The notes under the pieces were generated by a model that saw only the letters and a list, made by a program, of their open reading frames with translations, had not been told where the DNA came from and did not search any database. Positions 39,690-53,139 of a stretch of DNA of 57,105 nucleotides are shown one piece after another (within the stretch, counting starts at the first letter, position 1; every line of letters begins with the position of its first letter). The stretch is taken from contig NW_021835333.1 in the NCBI RefSeq assembly GCF_006345805.1, positions 1 to 57,105 on the forward strand. The letters are read 5' to 3'. Made by a program: the position numbers and the translations under genes. The DNA is from Octopus sinensis. Lineage: Eukaryota.

Positions 39690-39910
39690 ATCATCATGAC
39701 TGAAGAGAAGTCGTCAGACATAACCCTTCACCCCTGGCCACATTCTCCGATCGCCCCCATCTCCGTCTCTGTCGCCTGCAACCTTCTTTTCTGCCCACTC
39801 AACTCTCTCAGGATGTGAGCACAGATGCTATGACCTCTAATAACATGGCCAAAGCATCGCAGTTTTCGCCGTTTGACCATTGTCACTAACTTTCGTTCTA
39901 TTCCCATAAG
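39690..39910 (-). pseudogene. RTE-clade LINE ORF2 C-terminal fragment
   Basis: LVTMVKRRKLRCFGHVIRGHSICAHIL matches the xKRRKLxWFGHVxR...IL motif of RTE elements. Confidence 0.7.
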
Positions 39911-40530
39911 AATGTAAAGAAATACGTATAGCAACTATAAATATCGCTCTATGGCTAAAATATTTTTAAGAGAAAGTAAACGCCATTTTGCGATCTCTTC
40001 AGTTCGAACACATGAAACCATACTTGTATACTTTTATAGACCATATTACAGAACACAGAACAGTAAAAAAAAAAAAAGATGCAACGAAATACCGGATATA
40101 ATATTTATTTCATTACCCATTTAGCTCTACAGATTCCACCACCAGCCACCTTCATATGTCATAAAAAAATACATATTAACTTGCAATATTGTCACAGGGC
40201 CACAAAATTTTCGGCAAGGGAACGGTTGGCATTAGAGACTTCACAGCTGCTTTATTTTATGGAATTTGAAAGATGACAGGTAAAGTTGACTTTGATGAGA
40301 TTGGAACTCAAGAACATAAAGGAACGTAACTGGGTAGGGTTAGGTATTTGGTCGATCGTAAAGCTGGTGGATTGCGGATAGGCAGAATCGCTAGAGCTTC
40401 AGATAAATACTTCATAATAACTGTTACGGCTCTTTATGCTCTGTGTTCAAATCTTACCGAGGTCAACTTAAACTTTGAGCTTTCTCAGATCGATGAATGA
40501 AAGTACCAGTCAGGTACTGGTATCATTTCT

Positions 40531-40565
<35 letters not shown>

Positions 40566-40640
40566 TTTATTTGTCTCTCAGATTCGGTTACACTGCCCTA
40601 TTCCCATCCAACTGTGGGATTCGAACGACGGGTGAATCAC

Positions 40641-40800
40641 AGGAGTGGCTGTGTGGTAAGTAGCTTGTTTACCAACCACATGGTTCCGGGTTCAGTCCCA
40701 CTGCGTGGCATCTTGGGCAAGTGTCTTCTGCTATAGCCTCGGGCCGACCAAAGCCTTGTGAGTGGATTTGGTAGACGGAAACTGGAAGAAGCCTGTCGTA

Positions 40801-40841
<41 letters not shown>

Positions 40842-41058
40842 ATATGTTTGTGTGCCTGTGTTTGTCTCCCTAGCATTGCTTGACAGCCGATATTGGTGTG
40901 TTTACGTCCCCGTCACTTAGCGGTTCGGCAAAAGAGACCGATAGATAAAGTACTGGGCTTACAAAAGAATAAGTCCCGGGGTCGAGTTGCTCGATTAAAG
41001 GCGGTGCTCCAGCATGGCCGCAGTCAAAATGACTGAAACAAGTAAAAGAGTAAAAGAG
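40641..41058 (+). mobile_element. SINE family B, full length
   Basis: aggagtggctgtgtggtaag head, gggttcagtccc B box, internal (TA)n(TG)n, tail gaaacaagtaaaagagtaaaagag. Confidence 0.92.
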
Positions 41059-41123
41059 AGAGAACTGAAACGAGTAGAATCTGCCCTCGTTTAATTCATG
41101 TGACACGCGATGATCACTAAAGT

Positions 41124-41665
41124 CAGTCATGGGCAAACTGCGGCTCGCGGGACTTTCTGAATAGCACGCTTAGCAAAAAATTAACTTGCATCTTTCAATC
41201 ATTGCAACAAGCCTGATGAGATAGGTCTCGTGCGGCCCGCCTGGTAATGAACTGTGTCGTGAAAGCCTGTTTCTTGATGAGTTATGCCTCGTGCGGCCCG
41301 CCTGAAGATGAATATGTCTCATGCAGTCCACCTGATGATGAGTTGTGCCTCGTGCGGCCCGCCTTTTGATGAGCTATGAATCACGCGGCCCACCTGATGA
41401 GCTTTCTCATGCGGCCTTTCTTATGATATACTATGTTTCGTGAGGCCCGTCAGATGATGATCCATGCCTCGTGCGGCCCGCCTTATGGTGAAGAACTGTG
41501 TCTCGTGCGGCCTGTCTGATAATGGGCTATGCCTAGTGCGGCCCGCCTCATGAGGAGTTATATCTCGTGCAGCCCTCCTGACGAAGAGGTATATCTCTTG
41601 CGGCCCGCCTGATGATGAGCTATATCTCGTGCGGCCCGCTTCTGGAAAAAGTTTGTCCATGACTG
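41124..41665. mobile_element. Charlie-like hAT MITE
   Basis: TIRs cagtcatgggcaaact / agtttgtccatgactg followed by cggc(t/c)cgc motifs typical of Charlie/SPIN-like hAT ends; right flank cgctagac; TSD decayed. Confidence 0.75.
41211..41638. repeat. Degenerate minisatellite, 14 units of ~31 bp
   Basis: Consensus GCCTGATGATGAGCTATGTCTCGTGCGGCCC; unit lengths 26-34, most 31. Confidence 0.9.
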
Positions 41666-42271
41666 CGCTAGACTTTTGCCCATCCTACCTCGGATTGCGC
41701 CACTCTATCGCCATTTTGCAAGATGAAGCATGTCAAGAAACATGCAGAAGTCCGAACCTAAAGCAAAGCATTAATTATTCCAAGTCCGATTCTCTCAGCT
41801 ATACGAGAACATATGTGCTGTTATTGCTATTTAGCCCTAGGTAGAACCTTGATAGGGAATCTGATCTACGAACGAGCCTAACGCAAACATCGCGTCTTGT
41901 ATAACGCTGATCACATGATCCCGCTTATATCTAACGACAGTCGAATGTGATTGTTTGAAGAAAATGTAGCTGGTATTTATTGGTCGAACTCTTGTGTATG
42001 TGAGTAATATATTTGAAGGAAACAGACAAGAGATAGATAGACAGGCAGACATACACAGACACCGACAAGATGACAGAAACAGAGAGACAAACAGAATGTA
42101 AAGTAATCCAACAGCTGTAAATATCGCTTTATGGCTAAAATGTGTTTAAGGGGAAGTAAACGCCATTTTGTGATCTCTCCAGTTCAAAGATATGAAACCG
42201 TGTTCGTATAGTTTTATAGACCTTTGGGTGTGTGCGTGTGTACACACGTAGGTTACGTAAACTGTACATAT

Positions 42272-42316
<45 letters not shown>

Positions 42317-42621
42317 TCTATGTAAATTGGTGTGTGTATACATATATATACAGATACACATATATATATAAATATATGTATGTGTGTGTGTATGTATATA
42401 TATTTATATATATATATATATATATACTCACCACACACATAGTTATGTATATAGAGATACGTTGGTGTATATGATATATATATATATATATATATACGCA
42501 CACACATAAATTTAAGTATGTTGGTATATATATTTATATATATATATATATATATAATTTATGTATGTTGGTATATATAATATATATATATATATTATAT
42601 ATATAAATGTATGTATGTTGG

Positions 42622-42652
<31 letters not shown>

Positions 42653-43224
42653 TTATGTATGTTGGTATATATATATAAATTTATGTATGTTGGTATATAT
42701 ATAATATATATATATATATGTATATAACGTTGGTATATGTGTTTGTATGTATATACGCACACACACACATAAATGAGAGTAAATATAATTGTACAGACTA
42801 TATACTATTATGTTCATCGTATATTATCAATGTTACATCTACAAGAGTGTGTGCGTGAGAGTATTTGTTTTGTGTGCGTTAATATATATATACTATTTTA
42901 TTCCTTACACTCGCTTGGAATCTTTCTCTCTCTACAGACACACACCGAAATACCAAAAGTTGAACGTTCTCTCTTTTCATTTTATATTGATTTTTATTGG
43001 CATTCCTTTTTACAATTTTATTTATATGGCTTGTTTATTTTTGTGGGGTATTTTTGCATTTTATTATGGGTTTACGAGGTAACGCCTCCTCATCACAAAC
43101 TTTTAAATGTTTACCACTGTCATCCACTTCATCTTTTTAATCAACATCATCACCATCATCAACCAACACCACTATGTCCACCACCACAATCATTATTCCA
43201 CCGTCCACAGTTATGACCACAAAT

Positions 43225-43445
43225 ATCGGTTTCAAATTTTGGCACAAGGCATGAAGTTTATGTGGGGAAAGGGCTAGTTCGTTACATCGACCCACCCCGG
43301 TGTTCAACCAGTATTTATTTCATCGACCCTGAAAGAATGAAATGCCAAGTCGGGTTCGGCGGAATTTGAACTTAGAACGTAAAGATGGACAAAACATCGC
43401 TAAGCATCTTCCTAGGCGTACTAACGATTCTGCCAGTTTGCCACA
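43225..43445 (-). mobile_element. Degenerate SINE A' copy
   Basis: ggcacaagg...tacatcgaccc...atcgaccctgaaagaatgaaa...ggcggaatttgaacttagaacg...ctaacgattctgccag. Confidence 0.75.
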
Positions 43446-43464
43446 TTAATAATAATAATAATAA

Positions 43465-43982
43465 ATGCCCTGATGCAGTACCAGGTAGTGGCTCTCATGG
43501 CTTCTGATCTTAACTGATTGGAAGTGTTATCATGTACATTGTTTTGTCTTGGTATAAAAGATGAGCTACAGCAAATATTCTGTTCAATACCACAGATTTG
43601 CTTGTCAGTCGTTTGACCTTAACCAGTTGAGCATGTCCCTTAGTGGCTGACATTATGTGCATCTCTGATCACGAGCAGAGGTAGTGGGGGATGAGAGGGA
43701 TTCTTTGGGGTTTGGATAATTCATTGGTGTTTCGTTCAACATCCTTAAACAATCCTTATTCAGGGACCTTTTGAGCAAGATGGGCTACTCGAGCAGAAGA
43801 AAATTCTAACTAGGCCCCCACCTGCTGGGGTTCTTTGATATGAGAAAACCATGTCGCGTACATATGGCTGTTATGCATGAGCCTCGTGTACCCTTATCAG
43901 ACGAGTAGTCATGATGGGTATACTGGGCTTCGTATATTTTACCTCAGTCTCACTTTGATGGCATGCACTGCTCTCTCACTCA
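43465..43982. mobile_element. Unclassified ~520-bp interspersed repeat embedded in (TAA)n
   Basis: Complex sequence bounded on both sides by TAA repeats; single copy in window, recalled as a common octopus repeat. Confidence 0.45.
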
Positions 43983-44248
43983 ATAACAATTATAATAATC
44001 CTTTCCACTAAAGGCACAAGACCTTTAATTTTGGGCAAAATCTTTTGCTCTTTCGTGTACCTGTAGGGGGTATTTTCTTAGGTACGTGTACACATTTACT
44101 TGTTTGTCCATTATTACCACCACTAGGAATTTTAATTGCTACCTAGAATAATTTTAGTATATTCCAATGCACCTCCTGTCTTAGTTGACTCCCCTCAACT
44201 ATAAAAAAAGATTATAGCATTTTGACTGACAGTATTTCACTATTTGTT

Positions 44249-44485
44249 GAGGCGCGTGGCTTAGTGGTTAGGTTGTTGAACTCATGATCGTAAGGTTGTG
44301 GTTTCGATTCCTGGATCGGGCGATGCGTTGTGTTCTTGAACAAAACATTTCATTTCACGTTGCTCCAGTGAAATGAAATGGCAAAAATGAGTAATCCTGC
44401 GTCCCGTCCAAGTGGGGAATTTCTACGCCACTGAAACCGGGAAACCGGCCCTTATGAGCCTGGCATGGCTCGAGAAGGAACATTT
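44249..44485 (+). mobile_element. SINE with D-like head/CORE and the tail of C copy 1107-1417
   Basis: gcgtcccgtcca...gaaaccgggaaaccggccc.tatgagcc.ggcatggctcgagaaggaaca shared with 1107-1200 (minus strand). Confidence 0.8.
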
Positions 44486-45239
44486 ATTTATTTATTTCAT
44501 TGTTATGTTATGTTATGTTGAGAATTTGCAGAAGGTCATAAGCGGTCTCGTACCACTTATATCATAGTCTTCTCTCCCGCACCCTTTGTTTCCTGGTTCG
44601 TTTTCTTTATTTACATATCCTTTGGAACGGTTTTAACTTTTGCCCTTGCTTCAAATATAATTGACCAATTGTGGTGATGGATAGACCTTGGTCAATTCTA
44701 TTACGGACAACAGGTGGTGATCTCTACAATATTTCAGTAAGTACACTATTATAAGAACCCTACAGTTTTGTTTTTGGATAAATATTAACTAACCCTATTT
44801 ACGATAACATAAGTGCTATTCTCCTTCCAGACATGTTAGTAATTTCTTCTCTTATGTTAGTGCTAACTGCATCTCACATTTCAAACATCCATGTTCTCCC
44901 TTTATATAGTAATAACCCGTTAATATTTCCCTAGACCTCTGGTAGATCACTCTATTGCCTAGCGATTTACAAGCTCTATGCAGGAAGATAATATGATTTT
45001 AATTCATTTATTAATGTATATATATATATATATATAAATATATATATATATACATACATATAAAGTTAATGACCAATAAACACCCTCCTCACCAAGCGAG
45101 CTTGGTGGGGTTGCCGGTTTAGTCGCCGACGACCCGACCATGCAACAGGTAGTTCTGGGTTACATGTTACCAGTAGCACTTGAAAGTGACCTGAAATATA
45201 CATACATATATATATACATACATACATGCATACATACAT

Positions 45240-45496
45240 GTAATTCGAATTAGATAATGGGCATGAAACGTACGTAGCGGTTTTACTTTTTATCTTATAT
45301 TAAACTTTTTAATACTTTTTGATAGTTATATATATTTAAAAAATAAATAAATAAATAAAATAAAAATATATATATATAAAAAAATATAAATATTTATAAA
45401 TGTTTCTTTTCAGATATCATCAGAAAAAGGTAGTTAAAATTCATTAAAATGACAGATCTGTTGGACTTTCAAAGAGGTCAAATTGTTGGTGCTTGT
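45240..45496 (+). pseudogene. Tc1 transposase 5' remnant
   Basis: ATG at 45449 gives MTDLLDFQRGQIVGAC, matching the Tc1 N-terminal DLSDFxRGxIVGAR motif; preceded by tttcttttcag acceptor. Confidence 0.6.
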
Positions 45497-45658
45497 ATTG
45501 TCTTAATGGTCCTGTGGGTAAAGACATAGAGACATATCAACTCATGTACCTCTTGGACAAAGGATCAATCTTGGCCCGTACTGATTGTTTTTTTGTTTTG
45601 TTTTTTTCTTTCGATAGGTTTAAATATGTTATTTTCACACTAGTTATAGTTGGTGTCT

Positions 45659-46399
45659 CAATCAAATTTCACAAAATATAATATATATAAATATATATAT
45701 AAAATAATAATAATACTCCAAACTTACAGGGAAAAATTCAATTCAGAAATACTAAATCAAATTTCACAAAATATAATATATATAAATATATATATAAAAT
45801 AATAATAATAATAATAATAATACTCCAAACTTAGAGGGAAAAATTCAATTTAGAAATACTAAATCATATTTCACAAAATATAATATATATAAATATATAT
45901 ATATATATAAAATAATAATAATAATACTCCAAACTTACAGGGAAAAATTCAATTCAGAAATACTAAATCATATTTCACAAAATATAATATATATAAATAT
46001 ATATATAAAATAATAATAATAATAATAATAATACTCCAAACTTAGAGGGAAAAATTCAATTTAGAAATACTAAATCATATTTCACAAAATTAATATATAT
46101 AATATATATATAAAATAATAATAATAATAATAATAATACTCCAAACTTAGAGGGAAAAATTCAATTTAGAAATACTAAATCATATTTCACAAAATATAAT
46201 ATTATAAATATATATATAAAATAATAATAATAATACTCCAAACTTACAGGGAAAAATTCAATTCGAAATACTAAATCATATTTCACAAAAAATATAATAT
46301 ATATAAATATATATATAAAATAATAATAATAATAATAATACTCCAAACTTAGAGGGAAAAATTCAATTAGAAATACTAAATCATATTTCACAAAATATA

Positions 46400-46430
<31 letters not shown>

Positions 46431-46735
46431 AAATAATAATAATATACTCCAAACTTACAGGAAAAATTCAATTCAGAAATACTAAATCATATTTCACAAA
46501 ATATAATATATATATAAAATAATAATAATACTCCAAACTTACAGGGAAAAATTCAATTTAGAAATACTAAATCATATTTCACAAAATATAATATATAATA
46601 AAATAATATAATAATACTCCAAACTTACAGGGAAAAATTCAATTTAGAAATACTAAATCAAATTTCACAAAATATAATATATATAAATATATATATAAAA
46701 TAATAATAATAATACTCCAAAATATAATATATATA
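45659..46735. repeat. AT-rich minisatellite, ~10.5 units of ~85-125 bp
   Basis: actccaaactta(c/g)agggaaaaattcaatt(c/t)agaaatactaaatca core repeated with variable (TA)/(TAA) linkers. Confidence 0.92.
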
Positions 46736-46944
46736 AATCCTTTAACAAAAGTTCAATCTTGGCCTATACTGTAAAAGTATTCAGTGTTTTTTTCCCCCCT
46801 TAGTCTGATAGGTTTAAATACATCATTTTCAAACTAGTTATTGCATATATGAACATTTAAATTTAAAAATAAACAAAACATTATTACAATGTGTAATCAT
46901 TAAGGCTGTGAGATCAATTCCTGAATCAGGTAGCATGGTGTGTT

Positions 46945-47720
46945 CTGTTGTCTCAATGGGCCTGTGGGTAAGACATGGACAGCGCAACTCATGTACCTCT
47001 TGGACAAAGGATCAATCTTGGCCCATACTGGTTGTTTTTATTTTTGTTTTTTTCTTTAAATAGGTTTAAATATATCATTTTCACACTAATTATCGTTGTT
47101 GTCTCAATGGTCTTGTGGGTAAAGTCATGGACACAACAATGCATGAACCTCTTTAACAAAGGTTCAATCTTTGTAAAAGTAGTCAGTGTTTTTTTTTTTC
47201 CCCTTCTCCATTTACAGAAAAAAATAAAATAAAATCATATCACAGTCCCCTACCTCAGACTGAACCCTCCATCCATCTACCCCACTGTCTTGTTTGTGAG
47301 CCACCCCCCTTATCCTCTGGCCCATAAGGCCAGTAATACTACTTACAGCAAAAATGAGATACTTAAATCTATTTTAATGATTGGTGATTACATTAGTTTT
47401 ATAGGTTTAAATATATTATTTTCAAACTAGAAATTGTTGTTGTCTCAATGGTCTTGTGGGTAAAGACATGGACACAGCAACGTATATACCCCTTGAACAA
47501 AGGTTCAATCCTTGTAAAAGTATTCAGTGCTTTTTTTTTTTTACCCCCCTTCTCCATTTACAGAAAAAATAAAATCGTATCACACTCCGAGACTGAAACC
47601 TCCATCTACCCCACTGTCCTGTTTGTCACCAACCACCCTTATCCACTGTGCCACGAGGCTAGTAATACTACTTATACAAAATTTGAGATACTTAAATCTA
47701 TTTTAATGATTGGTTAGTGA
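46945..47720. repeat. Degenerate tandem duplications related to 45500-45660
   Basis: gtctcaatggtcttgtgggtaaagacatggacac...aaagg(a/t)tcaatc recurs at ~46950, 47100, 47445; 47100-47390 is similar to 47445-47715. Confidence 0.8.
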
Positions 47721-48174
47721 TTAGATTAGTTTGATAAGTTCTCGTTTATCTATTTAATGAACGTGTTGTGTATTTATAATTATTTAACTTATAATTGGTT
47801 TATTTTTTTCAATTGTAGACATAAATGTATATAAATATATGGATATGTATGTGTATATTGATGTATAAATGTATGTGTATATATATATATATTAGGTAGG
47901 ACTGTATATATGTAGCTGGTGCTTTGTGTAAGAATATATATGTATACATGTGTATTTATGTATATGTGCGTGAGTGTATATTCGTATATATCTGTATACT
48001 TCAACGGATATACGTTTATGGTATGTGATATGTATATATATGTATATGTGTGTATATATATGTATATATAAAGTTAATCCAAACATGAAAACACAAAGAG
48101 AAAACACAACAACGCGAGGACGTGGAACAAATATAGTATTATTGGACGCTCAGGAAGGAAGGGAAGAAGAAGGG

Positions 48175-48207
48175 TTTAACGTTTCAAGCGGAGCTCTTCG
48201 TCAGAAA
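48175..48207 (-). ncRNA. Minimal hammerhead ribozyme in a pLTR-like insert within (TA)n
   Basis: ttt-CTGACGA-a-gagc(tcc)gctt-GAAA-cgtt-aaa. Confidence 0.75.
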
Positions 48208-48254
48208 GATAGGAGAAGGAAAGATCCAGAGAAGGGAAGACGGAGTAAAAAAAA

Positions 48255-48701
48255 TACATGTATATGTATATACATGTACATACATATATATATATACATA
48301 TATATATATACATACACATATACATATATATATATATACATACACATATACATATATATATATATACATACACATATACATATATATATATATACATACA
48401 CATATACATATATATATATACATACACATATACATATATATACATACACATATACATATATATATATATACATATACATATATATATATATATATACATA
48501 CACATATACATATATATATATATATACATACACATATACATATATATATATATATATACATACACATATATATATATATACATACACATATATATATATA
48601 TATACATACACATATACATACATATATATATATACATACACATATACATATATATTCCATATACATATATACATATATACATATGCATATAATATATACA
48701 T

Positions 48702-48747
<46 letters not shown>

Positions 48748-49370
48748 ATACATATACATATATATATATACATATATATATACATACATATATACATACA
48801 TATATATATACATACATAGATATATACATACACACATATATATACATATATATATATACACACATATATATACATATATATATATACATACACACATATA
48901 TATATACATATATATATACATACATATATATATACATACATATATACATACATATATATATACATACATATATATATATACATATATATATACATACATA
49001 TATATACATATATATATATACATATATATATACATACATATATATATATACATATATATATATATAGATATACATATATAGGTACGTATATGTATGTACG
49101 TATATGTATATATATTTATGTATATGTATGTGTATATATATGTATGTATGTATATATGTATATGTATGTATATATATATTAGTATATATGTATATATATA
49201 TGTATGTATATATGTATGTATATATATGTATATATATATGTATATGTATATATTGTATATAGTATGTATGTATGTATATATATATGTATTATGTATGTAT
49301 ATATATTATGTATGTATATATATATATATATATATGTATGTATATATATATATGTATGTATATATATATG

Positions 49371-49407
<37 letters not shown>

Positions 49408-49506
49408 GTATGTATGTATATATATATATGTATATATGTATGTATGTATATATATATGTATATATGTATGTATGTATGTATATATATATGTATATATGTA
49501 TGTATG

Positions 49507-49539
<33 letters not shown>

Positions 49540-49660
49540 ATATGTATGTATATATATATGTGTTTATGTATATGTATGTATGTATGTATATATATCTATA
49601 TGTATATATATATATGTATATATATGTATGTGTGTGCATATACATACGGGTACATATAAA

Positions 49661-49693
<33 letters not shown>
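48255..49693. repeat. 1.4-kb compound TA/CATA/TATG microsatellite
   Basis: CATA-type units left of ~49080, TATG-type units to the right. Confidence 0.95.
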
Positions 49694-49697
<4 letters not shown>

Positions 49698-50434
49698 GAA
49701 TCCCATTAAAGAATGTGTAAATTGCGCAGCAGCTGTATGATTCCTGGAAGCCCTCTTTTCCCCCACCCCATCGACAAATGATGTTTACAGCTAAGACACT
49801 GCTATAATAGTTAGCTAGTGAGTTCGTTTGTTTCCTTCTAATGTTTTAGCCATTCCGTGGTGATTCAGGCAGCTGTTCGATTTTGAAAGAGCTATTTTGT
49901 GTTATCAGCACTGACAACAGGATTTACTAGTGTTTTTACTGCTTAGCTGTTTAGAACCGTCCGAATCTATAGGAGTTATTGGTTATTATATGTTGTAATA
50001 AGAGTGACTGCTGGTGGTGGAGTGGAGATTATGTGAGCTTCGACCTTAGAAACAGCTTCGGATATAGAAGTAGTTTAGTAAATAGACAATGTAACGCTGC
50101 TCTCGATATTAGAGATGTATATAACACAACTATAAAGTGTGACGTACGAAAGGAAAAGATGGCAACAGATAATACCGCAGGAATCGAAACAGAATATTGT
50201 CGCTCAGAGCAATCCTGTAACCGATTGTACCAATGAGACTTTGTGAAGATTTGCTTATCATAATAGCAAAAGTCTTGTTTCTCAATAAGCCGAAGAATTT
50301 TGCTTTCTTTACATCTCACTAAAGGAATCTCAAATATTTTAATAGCTACTTAAACACCAGCAGATCACAATAAGGGTTATTATAAACCAGTAGCACTAAA
50401 CACACATATATATATATGTGTGTGTGTGTATATA

Positions 50435-50490
<56 letters not shown>

Positions 50491-50934
50491 CACTTATTAA
50501 TCTGAGCGGAGGCAATGCGAGCAGTAACTAAAGGAACATTACTAAAATCCACACAGAAAGATCAAACACATACATATATTCATTTATATCTACAGAACAT
50601 ATATAAAGTCCGACGTTTAAAAATATAATAATATATAAATAAATAAACATCATGTAATATATATAAATATATAAGAATCAGTGTTGCATACAAAACACAG
50701 TGAATTTTCGCTTAAAATCATAAAACATTTGGTAAATTAAAAATTTGGGATAATAAAACATATAAAGGACATTTTTATCTATCTATCTCTATATCTAATA
50801 TTTATTTATCTATCTATCTAATATTTATCTCTGTGTGTGTGCGTACGTTTATGTATATTATAAGCGAAAAGAATCATTTTAACTTCACTTGCTCATCATA
50901 TAGAAAACAAATATACAAAAGTTACAAAATTGTT

Positions 50935-51016
50935 CATCTACGGGTCGTTTCGGAGACGCGCCAATTAATATGAAACATTTCATATATTCGAAACTGATAC
51001 TCCCCTCATCAGTATG
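50935..51016 (-). ncRNA. Candidate hammerhead ribozyme with long stem II loop
   Basis: cata-CTGATGA-gg-ggag...ctcc-GAAA-cgacccg-TA-gatg; stem I has one mismatch. Confidence 0.45.
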
Positions 51017-51170
51017 TTTTTTTTATACACAATACATAGAAACAAATGTACAATTACATACCAGCTGTGTGCGAGAGAACATAGCTTATTTGGAGCACTA
51101 CAACTCCAGTCTGTTTTATATTTTGAGTATTGTTATTACTAGCGAACTCAAGATATAATTCTGTATTTTT

Positions 51171-51204
<34 letters not shown>

Positions 51205-51299
51205 ATATATATAAAACCGCAAATCTTTGAACGACCGTATCGAAGGATATCAAGTAAAAACCCTGAAGGAACTGCGCCAGTTTTATAGCTGTTTTGAAA

Positions 51300-51510
51300 C
51301 TTGACGTTCCAAGTTCAAATTCCTTCGGAGTTGACTTAGCCTTTCATCTTATTTTACCGCGTCGATAAAATTGAAACTTTACGTTCTAAGTTCAAATTCC
51401 TTCGGGTCGATATAAGAAGTATAAGAAGTACTAGTTGAACACTGAGGTCAATGAAATTGACTGACCCACCCCCGCAATTTCTGGCCTTGTGCTAAAATTT
51501 GAAACCATTA
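51300..51510 (+). mobile_element. Degenerate SINE A' remains
   Basis: aagttcaaattcc twice, gcctttcatc, gtcgataa, ctggccttgtgc. Confidence 0.6.
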
Positions 51511-51629
51511 TTGAAATGATGAGGATGAAGGGAAGGGTGTGATAAAGACAATGACGAGGATGCTGTTTATAAGGGTTGTGTTGATGATAATGATGACGTG
51601 TATGAATCCACATTGACACGATGCTGTTG

Positions 51630-51865
51630 AATGGGACGGGGCGGAGACGAAGTCAAGTGTGCCTTTTCGCAAAACACGATTATGTTCGACGATTACAACA
51701 AAGATGGCGACGACAATGAATTACGTCAAAGGGGAGCGGTGTAGCGATGGGAACGGCGAGGCGAGAATGCGATGATGACAATGGCATCGTGGATGATAGA
51801 TGAAAAGACGACATGTTGAAACAATAAACGCAGGAAATGATATATCAATGGCGAATCGGAAGTCA
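51630..51865. promoter_or_regulatory. CpG-rich promoter-like motif cluster
   Basis: GGGGCGG 51638, AAGATGGCG 51701, TTACGTCA 51721, AATGGCG 51847, CGGAAGT 51857; no linked gene identified. Confidence 0.3.
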
Positions 51866-52546
51866 ATTTACTCGAATAAAAACGAACGAGAGAATAAAAA
51901 TAAAAATCCGAAATAACACAGAATCCTTCAATACTGTGACAATTAAAAGGAATAACCTTGACAGCCGCGGAAAAATAAGCTGTTTAAAGCATTATGGTGT
52001 GTGTGTGTGTGTGTGTGTGTGTCTGCGTACGTATGTATATATGTGTGTGTATACATGACATATATGTAAACAGGGCATACATGCGTGTGTATAATATATA
52101 TATTATATGCATAAATGTGCGTGTGTGTGTGTGTGTGTCTGCGTACGTATGTATATATGTGTGAGTGTATACATGACATATATGTAAACATTGCATACAT
52201 GCATGTGTATAATATATATATTATATACATAAATATATACACATATATAAAGTGTATACATATGTGTATATGTATACATGTATTCGATTGTGATGTATAT
52301 ATATTTATATTGATACATATCTATATACACACACACAATATTGATGGACAAACGAAAAGAACACATAATACATCAAATGTAGTATTTATACATGACATAT
52401 TTGTAAACATGGCATACATGCGTGTGTATAATATATATGTTATGTACATAAATATATACACAAATATAAGGTGTTTACATATGTGTATATGTATACATGC
52501 ATTCGTATGTGATGTATATATATCTATATTGATACATATCTATATA

Positions 52547-52774
52547 TATTTCTTTATTGCCCACAAGGGGCTAAACACAGAGGGGACAAACAAGGACAGA
52601 CAAACGGATTAAGTCGATTACATCGGCCCCAGTGCGTAACTGGTACTTTATTTATCGACCCCGAAAGGATGAAAGGCAAAGTCGACCTCGGCGGAATTTG
52701 AACTCAGAACGTAACGGCAGACGAAATACTGCTAAGCATTTCGCCCGGCGTGCTAACGTTTCTGCCAGCTCGCC
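52547..52774 (-). mobile_element. SINE family A monomer, near consensus
   Basis: Full head to aaagaaata tail. Confidence 0.92.
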
Positions 52775-53139
52775 GATATACACACACATTGCATATATGT
52801 ATACACACACACACAATATTCATGGACAAACGAAAAGAACACGTAATACATCAAATGTAGTATTTATACTTTCAGATGAATAAGTTGTTAATCCAAGTGT
52901 TTAGTGCTTGTTGATGCTTTCATTAGCACCGAAAACCCATGTCTAATCTCCCACATGTCTATAACTGCGATACCTCATAGCAAGCATCAGAATAATAGAG
53001 AGTAGTATTTGTATTTAGTATGCAGAAGGAGACCGTAAGTTATTTTTCCCTCAGCCATAATGTGTGGACGCGCCCAGACGATGAAGTAGGCTAGCCTAAT
53101 ACGTAGTTATAGAGGGAGAAGTCTTAGACGTCGACAGAG

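Noticed and set aside
41211-41638. CRISPR array, snoRNA cluster or hammerhead array (many CTGATGA/TGATGA motifs)
   Set aside because: No unique spacers, no cas genes, no GAAA/stem II partner; the array lies inside a TIR-bounded hAT MITE.
47974-49720. ORFs up to 299 aa rich in Y/I/M/C/V/H/T
   Set aside because: Translations of TA/CATA/TATG microsatellite; the same applies to similar ORFs at 4.5-5.7, 13.9-14.5, 21.4-22, 26.2-27, 32.7-33.2 and 35.3-37.2 kb.
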